Below are positions 56,049-64,000 of a stretch of 64,000 nt of DNA, piece after piece. The stretch is from a virus (taxonomy: Duplodnaviria > Caudoviricetes). Numbering within the stretch: position 1 is the stretch's first letter; every line of letters begins with the position of its first letter. The position numbers and the translations under genes are program-made. The notes under the pieces are model-generated. The model ran no database searches. It was not told where the DNA came from and was given only the letters and a program-made list of their open reading frames with translations. The DNA lies in the IMG/VR virus record IMGVR_UViG_3300028887_000099, positions 21,888 to 85,887 of that record; one strand, written 5' to 3'.

Positions 56049-57788
56049 TTAAAATTCTAAAAGTGAGTCGATTATTTCATAATTTTCAATAAATATTTGT
56101 GGAGTAATATTCCCCATCCATTTATTTAAATTCGCTTTACCTACTAAATTAATTTTAATTTCATTACATTTATTTAATTCTTCTATCATATTAAGAGCAT
56201 GAAATTTCATATATGCAATTCCATTATGAATAATTTTTAATGTATCCTTATTTGCTCCCATAATTTGAATATCTGTTATGTCTACATATAAATTTTTTAT
56301 ATAAATTAAAGCTTCTGGATTTTGTTGACCCCATACTTCTGGATATTGAGTTAAATTAATAATTAATTGTTCAATATCTTTATCATCTGCTTGACGTACA
56401 AAATTTACATTATAAGAACCCTCATTAAAATCAATATTTTGTAAAACTTGATTTGCATATTCATGAAAAGATCGTAAATTTTTATCAAGAATACTACATC
56501 CTGCAGCATTAGCATGCCCTTGCACATATTCAAAATATCCACTATCATTTAAAAAAGTTTTTAAATCAGTTAATTCACAATCTGATACATTTCGTATTGA
56601 TCCTCTATCATAACCTTCTTCGTTAAGACGAGCGATAATTGTTGGGTGCTTAAAACGCGCAGCCAATTTCATTGCAATTAATCCATTTATTTCTGATGGA
56701 AAATCATCCTCTTCTTCTAATCTAACGAATAAAATTTTATTTTGAAGTAAGTCATATTTATGAATTTTTTGTTCTAATTTTTCTACCATTTGGTCGGTAA
56801 TGCGATTTTGTTTAGATTTTGCATTTGTACACTCACGAAGAGATTCAATTGCAACTTTTTCCATTGTCCCCGCTGCGCCGCGCTTATGACATGGAACTTG
56901 ACGATGACCATCAATTAGCCCTAAGAATAAGCGTTCTTTTTCTTCCATAGAGCCAACTCGAATAAGAGCATTCATCATTGGGACAATATAGAAAGCTACA
57001 GTGGTGGGATTTACCATGCCATTCATAGAATATGATTGTTTATTTATAGCACTTTGAAAGAAATAATTTTGAATATTATTAAATCCATTTTTCATAATAA
57101 AACGATTTTCAAGATTTAAAACAGACCCCATATCTCCACAAATGCCAAGAGCAGCAAGGTCAATTAAATCGGCATAATATCTATCATTATTTATAATAGC
57201 TCCATAAAATCTACAGAATTGCCATGTTACCCCTGCACCAGTTAAGTCTTTATTAGGATAATGTAATGATGTTTGATTATTAATTAAACAAGCATATTGA
57301 CTAATTTTTTGATTTTCATCTATCTCATGGTGATCAAGAATTAAAAATCTTGTGCCTCGTGCACCAATACTTTCATGATACTCATAATCATTACTAGAAC
57401 TGTCTGGTAATATAATAAGGTCATAAACTACTTCATCATTATTTAATAAAGTTTCATAATGGTCTTGTAAACCATGTTGTTTATGTTCATGTAAAATATA
57501 GTTAATTGATTGATTTGGAGCAATAAGTTTTATATATTGATATATAATTGCCGCAGATGTAAAACCGTCAACATCACAATCAACTATAATTAAAATTTTA
57601 GAATTATCTGTATGAAGAATTTCTTTTAAAAGATTAGCTCCTTCTGTTATATTGTCTAATAATTGAGGATTATTTAATTGTTGTCTAGATGGATTTAAAA
57701 ATTCTTTTATATCTGTTACACCGCGTGCGGTGAGTAAATTTTCAAGATAATTAGTTGTAAAATTTTCATTTGCTAACTTAACTTTCAT
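56049..57788 (-). CDS. RecJ-like DHH-family ssDNA exonuclease
   Basis: VDCDVDGFTS, ILDHH, GICGDM, RGSIR, GHANAAG motifs. Confidence 0.88.
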   Translation of the reverse strand: MKVKLANENFTTNYLENLLTARGVTDIKEFLNPSRQQLNNPQLLDNITEGANLLKEILHTDNSKILIIVDCDVDGFTSAAIIYQYIKLIAPNQSINYILHEHKQHGLQDHYETLLNNDEVVYDLIILPDSSSNDYEYHESIGARGTRFLILDHHEIDENQKISQYACLINNQTSLHYPNKDLTGAGVTWQFCRFYGAIINNDRYYADLIDLAALGICGDMGSVLNLENRFIMKNGFNNIQNYFFQSAINKQSYSMNGMVNPTTVAFYIVPMMNALIRVGSMEEKERLFLGLIDGHRQVPCHKRGAAGTMEKVAIESLRECTNAKSKQNRITDQMVEKLEQKIHKYDLLQNKILFVRLEEEDDFPSEINGLIAMKLAARFKHPTIIARLNEEGYDRGSIRNVSDCELTDLKTFLNDSGYFEYVQGHANAAGCSILDKNLRSFHEYANQVLQNIDFNEGSYNVNFVRQADDKDIEQLIINLTQYPEVWGQQNPEALIYIKNLYVDITDIQIMGANKDTLKIIHNGIAYMKFHALNMIEELNKCNEIKINLVGKANLNKWMGNITPQIFIENYEIIDSLLEF

Positions 57789-57791
57789 TTG

Positions 57792-58838
57792 TCATACCTT
57801 CACCCTTGTTTCTAATAAACGTTTAAAAATTTTTTCTCCGTGGTCACTTGGAGAATCTTTAAGATTTAATAAATGTTCTTTATCATAAATAAAACTAAAA
57901 TTTGCATATGTAGAATATTTTTTACATATACCATATAATTTATCAAAATAATAATGGCTTTTTGGTTCTTCTTCTTGGTCAAAACATAATACAATTTCTA
58001 TAGGGTGACATTCTCTAATTAAAATATCTAAAGCATATTTATTTAATTTGTTACCACATACTGCTATACCACAATTTAAAATGTTAAAAGATTCCAGTTG
58101 AAGTACAAATTTTTCAGCTTCACCTATATATGCAATACCAGTTTTACGAATATTTTCTTTAGTAAAGTTTAGACCATATAAATTAAGGCTCAATGGATGT
58201 GAATACCATTTACCCTCAATTTGTATAGGCATATATTTACCAAAATTTTCAATTTCCCATGTATTTAACGCGCGCCCTCGAATTCCAACTAAGTGTCCAC
58301 GTGCGTCATAATGTGGAATAATTATTTTATTTTGTGATGGTGAAAAACGAATATTAAATTTATCCATTGTTTCTTTTGAAATACCATCATTTAACCACTC
58401 AATTGGATAATATTTAATAAATACTTCTAATATCCCTTCTGGATAAAAAGGGAGTTGACGACGTTCTTTTTGTGGAACATAATTGTCAGAAATGCTTTTA
58501 TATTGATTTGAATTTGTATGAGTTTGAATATTAGAACAATTTAAAATTACTTGATATATATCTTCATACCAATCATATATTATATCTCTTATAGTATAAT
58601 AATTTTTTAGTAAAGTAAAGATTGACATATTGCCATCTTCACTATAACATACAAATAAATGAGTATTTTTATAATAATATAATTTATATGAAGCTTCATC
58701 AGGATCATTATGATGGCAAATAGTTTTACATAAAAAATAATCATTTCTATCAATAGGTTCAGCACCTAATTTAGTCAATAATTCAAATACATTTTTATCT
58801 TTTAAATTTTCTATTATTTCAGTATAATCAATAGCCAT
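57792..58838 (-). CDS. DNA primase (Zn-binding domain plus TOPRIM)
   Basis: CKTICHH...C Zn domain, GIRGRAL, IGEAEK, CFDQE; adjacent to the helicase. Confidence 0.85.
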   Translation of the reverse strand: MAIDYTEIIENLKDKNVFELLTKLGAEPIDRNDYFLCKTICHHNDPDEASYKLYYYKNTHLFVCYSEDGNMSIFTLLKNYYTIRDIIYDWYEDIYQVILNCSNIQTHTNSNQYKSISDNYVPQKERRQLPFYPEGILEVFIKYYPIEWLNDGISKETMDKFNIRFSPSQNKIIIPHYDARGHLVGIRGRALNTWEIENFGKYMPIQIEGKWYSHPLSLNLYGLNFTKENIRKTGIAYIGEAEKFVLQLESFNILNCGIAVCGNKLNKYALDILIRECHPIEIVLCFDQEEEPKSHYYFDKLYGICKKYSTYANFSFIYDKEHLLNLKDSPSDHGEKIFKRLLETRVKV

Positions 58839-58839
58839 A

Positions 58840-60384
58840 TTATATAACCTGTTTTAGCCTTTCCAATTGTTCTCCAAAATCTGTTTCTTCCCAATTAATG
58901 GTATAAGTAAAATTATGTTCATATTGGTCTATTACTTCCATTCGGGAATCTGTCATATACAAATCTGTTTTACGAAGTGTGCCTAAATCTACATAACTCC
59001 AAATACGAACTTGACTCCATTGACCACTACGAACTTTATAAATGTCTGTTACTATATTGGGAATTTCACGTTCCATTTGCACAAAAAAATCTTGTTCTTC
59101 TTTAGTTGGTCTAGCCATTACCATGCCAACATCAGCTTTATTAATAATAGCACGTGAACCTGCAATAGATGATTCGTTTCTAATATTAATATTTGAGTCT
59201 GCATTAGCATTAACTTGTGTTGAAGTAAACATACAAACATTTAATTCAACAGCTATTTCTTTTAAAGCAGTTGAAAACATTAATAGAATTTCATCATTTC
59301 TTAAATTTACCCCTTTAAATTCCCCTAACAAACTAGGACTAATAAAAATATAGTCATAAAAGACATATTCGATATCATGTAATAAAACTTGTTCACGAAT
59401 TAAATTTTTAACTAAATCAATTCGTGGATTAGGCATTTGAACAATAAAGAAATTATCTTTATATTGTTCTATTATCCATAAAGCTTGATTTAAAATCCGC
59501 ATTTCTTGAGCAGAAAAATTCCCATAACGAAATTTAGATTCATTAAATCCTGTTAAATAAGCTAATATCATTTTTTGAATTTCAATTATGGTTTGTTCTG
59601 TTGCAATAAATAATACTTTTTTATTAGAACCATTAATAACCCAATTATTTTTTATAGCTTCATAACGAAAGGGGTAAGCAATATAACAAGCATCACCAAC
59701 GGCCTGACGAGTTTTACCTGTGCCACTAGCTGCACTTCGAATTACTAATGTACCAAGTCGCGCACCTGCGATGACTTCATTAATAATTTCTCCTTGAATT
59801 GGTATACCAATATCATTACCCTCAACAGCGTTGTCAATGACTTCTTTTATATTATAAAAAGCACTTTCTGTTTGGGTAACTTCATTTTGAATAAAATGAT
59901 GTTCAATACCCAAAATCTTCTTTTTAATCTCTTCTAATATATCATTAATTTCTAAGTTTTCAAAATTCTGATTTGTTTCTAATGCTTTTGGATTAGTAAG
60001 ATCTTCAATATAGAATTCACTAATATCAATACCATCTTTTTGAAGTTGATTGAGGAGATTAATTTTTTTAAGACGATTGTAATAAAAAGAAAAATTTTTT
60101 TCTTCCGCTAAATAGTCAGCGTCTTGTAAATATTCAATACCGTTATTTTTTGTAAAAATTACTGAAGCTGCACTGTTAGTTTGTAAATAATTTTCGATAT
60201 CAATTGGTTGTATACGCTGCGCGCCGCCACGATATAAACTATCTATTGCAGCAAAAATATATTTGTCAAATTTATAATAAAAATCGTCTAAAGTTAAATT
60301 ATATCGGTCTGTTTCTCCTAAATATTGTGGATGTTTCATAAGTGAGCCAAAAATTTGGAGTATAGAATTTTTATCAACTATCAT
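58840..60384 (-). CDS. replicative DNA helicase (DnaB-like, SF4)
   Basis: Walker A AASGTGKT, VFYDYI, TSTQVN, IAGSRAI. Confidence 0.88.
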   Translation of the reverse strand: MIVDKNSILQIFGSLMKHPQYLGETDRYNLTLDDFYYKFDKYIFAAIDSLYRGGAQRIQPIDIENYLQTNSAASVIFTKNNGIEYLQDADYLAEEKNFSFYYNRLKKINLLNQLQKDGIDISEFYIEDLTNPKALETNQNFENLEINDILEEIKKKILGIEHHFIQNEVTQTESAFYNIKEVIDNAVEGNDIGIPIQGEIINEVIAGARLGTLVIRSAASGTGKTRQAVGDACYIAYPFRYEAIKNNWVINGSNKKVLFIATEQTIIEIQKMILAYLTGFNESKFRYGNFSAQEMRILNQALWIIEQYKDNFFIVQMPNPRIDLVKNLIREQVLLHDIEYVFYDYIFISPSLLGEFKGVNLRNDEILLMFSTALKEIAVELNVCMFTSTQVNANADSNINIRNESSIAGSRAIINKADVGMVMARPTKEEQDFFVQMEREIPNIVTDIYKVRSGQWSQVRIWSYVDLGTLRKTDLYMTDSRMEVIDQYEHNFTYTINWEETDFGEQLERLKQVI

Positions 60385-60925
60385 TCATATCGGCTCCTTC
60401 AATAGAATTTAAGTCATATTTTAATTTTTGTTTTTTTGTAGTAGATTTTTTTATTGTTTTAATAGGACGATGTGAACGAATTACAATCTGTTCTTCAATA
60501 GCCTTCATAAAACCTCGTTTTTTCCACTCTATGTCAGTCCAATATTCTGTGGCCTCTTTATATACATATGGAACAATACCAATTCCACCATTACTTTTAT
60601 CCCAAGAATTATGTTTTACTTCATAAAAATATTTTAAAGTAAAATAAATGCCTTTATTTGTACATTTGTTTTCTTTTATAAATTTTTGTCGTTGTGCTTC
60701 GCACATATGATAATTATATGAAACTTTTAGGTCGCGCGCGAGAAAGTCATAAATATATAAAACCCAATCATCATCAGTTACATTGTCTAAATTATTCTTC
60801 CAATCATTAAAACATTGAGTATGATAATACCATCTTTTTGAAGGCATCACCCAGTCTTCTTGTGGTATAGTATTAGTATCAAAATATTTGCCACAAGCTC
60901 GGCACATAACAACATGTTTTGCCAA
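60374..60925 (-). CDS. hypothetical protein with CxxC motif, possible helicase loader
   Basis: TTG start behind AAGGAGAGG; CRAC motif; overlaps the helicase start. Function inferred from position only. Confidence 0.6.
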   Translation of the reverse strand: MAKHVVMCRACGKYFDTNTIPQEDWVMPSKRWYYHTQCFNDWKNNLDNVTDDDWVLYIYDFLARDLKVSYNYHMCEAQRQKFIKENKCTNKGIYFTLKYFYEVKHNSWDKSNGGIGIVPYVYKEATEYWTDIEWKKRGFMKAIEEQIVIRSHRPIKTIKKSTTKKQKLKYDLNSIEGADMNDS

Positions 60926-61042
60926 TACGACCTCTCCTTTCAAAATCTATTTCTTTCTATTATAATTATACCATATTTTTATATTTTTGTCAAATTTAAA
61001 AAGACACAGATTTCTCTGTGTCTTTCATTAATTATATAAATT

Positions 61043-62023
61043 TTAAACCATATCTCTCATTTCGTCTACAACTAATTGAAGTAATTCAACTTGATCTTCA
61101 GTAAATTCACTAAGTTTCATACGATGACCCATTATAATTTCAATTTTCTTTAAAATTTCTGAAGCAACTTCAGGTTTTGCATCATCACCAGTGCCTACAA
61201 GTTTACCCCAAAGATTTTGGGCCTCTGCACGTACTTTACTAAAATCAAGTTTCTCAATTGAAGGGGTTAGTGCAGCACTATCAACTACTGTTACACCATC
61301 TTCTTTTTCTGACCGTTCAATTGCTTGAGAAATTGCATCAACCAGGTCTTTATAGCCAAATGGAATTTTTGGAGCCATATATTTAAATCGGCTACCAGCA
61401 AAAAGAGTTTGGGTTTCTCTTGTATAGAGATAACGTTTAGCAACTCCATTTTCCCATTCAGTACCAATGTAACCAATAATATCAACGATACCATTACAAA
61501 TTTCTGCCGCGCGCTTTGGAAGGTCAGGGTAAATAATTTCAATTTCACTACCATCTGCAGTTTTTTCAATTCGTGAAGCATTGTGTGCAATTAAAACTAC
61601 ACCATAACCTAGCATTGTGATTTTACGAAGTGCATTTTCAAATTCCTTTTTTGCAGCAGAATAACCACCGCCCCAAGGTATTTCACTAATTTTTTGTACT
61701 CCATTTTGGCGACAAATAAATTGCTCACATTGGTCCCATGCAATAGACACAGTATCAACTATAATAGTTGAATAAAGCTCTTTTGCTTCAGGTTTTTCCA
61801 ATTGACGCAATACTGCTTTAAAATCTGACCAAGTATTAATATCTTGAGCCATTACACCACCAAGACCATTATAACCTCTTTCAAAGGCACAAAGAAGTGC
61901 CTTTGGAAAAGAGGCGGCCGCAGTAGTTTTTCCAGATTTTTCCTTACCATAAATAAGGACATATTTACCTTTTAAGTCACGACTAATGACAGAAGGTTTT
62001 ATATTAAAAATATCTACTGCCAT
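61043..62023 (-). CDS. AAA_24/Sak4-like ATPase (recombination)
   Basis: YGKEKSGKT, IIVDTVS, VLIAH; paired with an SSB gene. Confidence 0.8.
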   Translation of the reverse strand: MAVDIFNIKPSVISRDLKGKYVLIYGKEKSGKTTAAASFPKALLCAFERGYNGLGGVMAQDINTWSDFKAVLRQLEKPEAKELYSTIIVDTVSIAWDQCEQFICRQNGVQKISEIPWGGGYSAAKKEFENALRKITMLGYGVVLIAHNASRIEKTADGSEIEIIYPDLPKRAAEICNGIVDIIGYIGTEWENGVAKRYLYTRETQTLFAGSRFKYMAPKIPFGYKDLVDAISQAIERSEKEDGVTVVDSAALTPSIEKLDFSKVRAEAQNLWGKLVGTGDDAKPEVASEILKKIEIIMGHRMKLSEFTEDQVELLQLVVDEMRDMV

Positions 62024-62036
62024 TTAGATGGCCTCC

Positions 62037-62957
62037 TTAAAAACCAAGGTCAATAGCAGCCTTAGATGCAGGGGTATTGACAGGTGCAGGAGTTTGCTTA
62101 GTAAGAGCCTTATCCTTCAAAGATTCAAGATAGGCCTTGTGTTCTTTAAGTGCTGCACTTAGTTCTACTGGGTTAAAAGCAGCATCATCTTCAAGTGGAG
62201 CCTGGGTACCACTAGTTACAATAAGTTCGCTAACAGTGGTAGTACGTACACGAACTTCTGGCTCCCCAAAATCCATTTCTTCAATAACTTCTTGGGTTGT
62301 AGTAGAGAAGTTCAAGCGTCCCTTGGCTGTATAAGTCTTACCATTTTCCCAATAAGAAGTAATTGCATCAATTACAGTAGGATGAGTAGCATAAAGTTCC
62401 ATAGTGTCAACTTTCCCACCATACTGAGGAACAATAACCTTGATACGAAGCTTCTTAGGCTCAACTTCAACACCTTCATTATCAGTTACAAAATCCATAG
62501 AAGATACTGCAAATTGCATATTCCAAGTTGCTTCCGGTCTAAATTCACCAGTAGCCTTAGATACAAAAGAAGCATTTACACGTGGATAAGATACAAGTTG
62601 GCCCTGTTGATTATAATATTCATTCATACGGATAGATGCATTAGTAATACGAATCTTATCCGCGCTGACTTCATTCCCGGCTGCGGCAATGGAAGTATAC
62701 TGAGTCATAATTTCTTCCATTGAAGTATAGGCAGGATTTACTCCTCCAGCATTAGTATACTTACCTGCAAACATATAAACTGGAATGTCAAGAGTGTTAT
62801 CTACTCCATTAATTTCTTGATGAACAAGTACCTTAATATTACCACCAATATTTTCGACAGTGGCGCCAGTCTTCTTATTTACATAGGAACCATACTTTAA
62901 GTTAATCTCGGATAGGACTCCTTCGATTCTTACTTTATTTTCTGCTTGTCTCAACAT
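62037..62957 (-). CDS. probable single-stranded DNA-binding protein
   Basis: ENKVRIEGVLSE OB-fold-like start, duplicated beta-rich architecture, C-terminal DLGF; position next to the Sak4-like gene. Confidence 0.65.
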   Translation of the reverse strand: MLRQAENKVRIEGVLSEINLKYGSYVNKKTGATVENIGGNIKVLVHQEINGVDNTLDIPVYMFAGKYTNAGGVNPAYTSMEEIMTQYTSIAAAGNEVSADKIRITNASIRMNEYYNQQGQLVSYPRVNASFVSKATGEFRPEATWNMQFAVSSMDFVTDNEGVEVEPKKLRIKVIVPQYGGKVDTMELYATHPTVIDAITSYWENGKTYTAKGRLNFSTTTQEVIEEMDFGEPEVRVRTTTVSELIVTSGTQAPLEDDAAFNPVELSAALKEHKAYLESLKDKALTKQTPAPVNTPASKAAIDLGF

Positions 62958-63052
62958 TTCATTTTCTCCTTTTTATTTATTATATTATTTTTGTCCTTCT
63001 GAGAATATACTTTTTAGGAGTTAAGTAAGAACTCAACTCCTTAATTTATATA

Positions 63053-63304
63053 TTACTCTGCGTCCTGTACGTAGTTCATGCCAGCCTCAGTAAGCTGTAC
63101 ATAGGTAAGAGGCTTCTCCTCGCCTTCAACCTCAATCTTTTCACGAGTAGCAAGCTCCTTGTTGCAAAGAGAATTTACACGACCGGTAATGGAAGCAATC
63201 TTCTCACAACCAAGTGCAACTCTCATTTCCTCGGTGGTTGCGCGGCCGCCGTGATTCTGTAGATACTCAAGTGCCTCAAAAGTCTTTTCAGTCAACTTTG
63301 CCAT
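63053..63304 (-). CDS. winged-helix (MarR-like) DNA-binding protein
   Basis: TTEEMRVALG...ITGRVNSLCNKEL...YVQLTEAG pattern. Confidence 0.65.
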   Translation of the reverse strand: MAKLTEKTFEALEYLQNHGGRATTEEMRVALGCEKIASITGRVNSLCNKELATREKIEVEGEEKPLTYVQLTEAGMNYVQDAE

Positions 63305-63390
63305 AATTCATTTCTCCTTTTAAAATAATTTTATATTTTTATAAGGCGGCATACCTTATATTTTTATTATATAATTTTTTTAATGAAAAG

Positions 63391-63702
63391 TCAAATTTCA
63401 TTGTCTATTTTGTCTTGTTGCATAGAAAGAAGTTTTCTCTTATCAGTAATACTGTAATTGATGTTGGGGGCATAATTAGCATGTACATGACGACGATTAT
63501 ATCGTTTATTACGAGTTTTTGCCATACACACTCCACAACTACAATGAATTTTATTTTTACTATATTGGTGAAGATTATTATAATACCAATGAGGGACAAC
63601 TTCACCTACTATACTATAATCTCTTGCCCAATACCAATTTATTTTCTTTTTTCGAAGGGCCTTCTTATAATTCATGTGTCTACGCCATGCACGTTCTCGC
63701 AT
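63391..63702 (-). CDS. basic hypothetical protein
   Basis: 103 aa, HCSCGVC motif, own promoter. Confidence 0.6.
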   Translation of the reverse strand: MRERAWRRHMNYKKALRKKKINWYWARDYSIVGEVVPHWYYNNLHQYSKNKIHCSCGVCMAKTRNKRYNRRHVHANYAPNINYSITDKRKLLSMQQDKIDNEI

Positions 63703-63771
63703 AAAATCGCCCCTTTTGATTTTCTATATATATTATAGCATAAAATTTAGAAAAGTTCAAATTTTAATCTA

Positions 63772-63999
63772 TTAAGTCAAAATTTCATATAATGTTGAAG
63801 CTATAGTATGACACATAATAGAATGAATATCTTCTATATTTGTTGCAAGTTCAATATTAGTATGGAGTGATATATTTGATAATTTTTTAAGTTGCCCGCC
63901 ATTACCACCTGTCATACCAATGATAGTGTTACCTTGTTCTCGTGCATAGGATACTGCTTTAATTACATTTTGTGAATTACCACTAGTAGAAATTGCAAT
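63772..63999 (-). CDS. gmhA: SIS-domain phosphoheptose isomerase (GmhA-like), C-terminal part
   Basis: IAISTSGNSQNVIKAV...IGMTGGNGGQL...IEDIHSIMCH; start lies beyond the window. Confidence 0.8.
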   Translation of the reverse strand: MAISTSGNSQNVIKAVSYAREQGNTIIGMTGGNGGQLKKLSNISLHTNIELATNIEDIHSIMCHTIASTLYEILT

Positions 64000-64000
64000 A

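Overview
The window is part of a large, AT-rich tailed phage genome (siphovirus-like; host probably a gut Firmicute, by inference) that reads TAG as glutamine (genetic code 15). Layout: (i) 1-6.9 kb, + strand: NCS2 purine permease, tRNA-His, tRNA-Cys and small early genes behind sigma70-type promoters; (ii) 6.9-7.5 kb: non-coding block of GNA-triloop hairpins and tandem repeats; (iii) 7.5-17.4 kb, - strand: about 17 small transcription cassettes, 16 of them with the same 21-bp palindrome TTTAGACGT-NNN-ACGTCTAAA at a fixed distance upstream of the -35 box; (iv) 17.7-44.7 kb, + strand: packaging, head and tail operon, fragmented in the supplied ORF track but intact when TAG=Gln; (v) 44.7-64 kb, - strand: nucleotide metabolism and replication genes, mostly TAG-free. 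The most unusual observations are a 10-nt frame-breaking insertion in the DnaE polymerase gene with the hallmarks of a ribosomal bypass element (AAC-UAG-GGUG-AAC) near a free-standing GIY-YIG endonuclease, the palindrome-marked cassette regulon, and a strong genome-wide excess of GCGCGC. All functional calls come from motif recognition by eye; no database searches were run.
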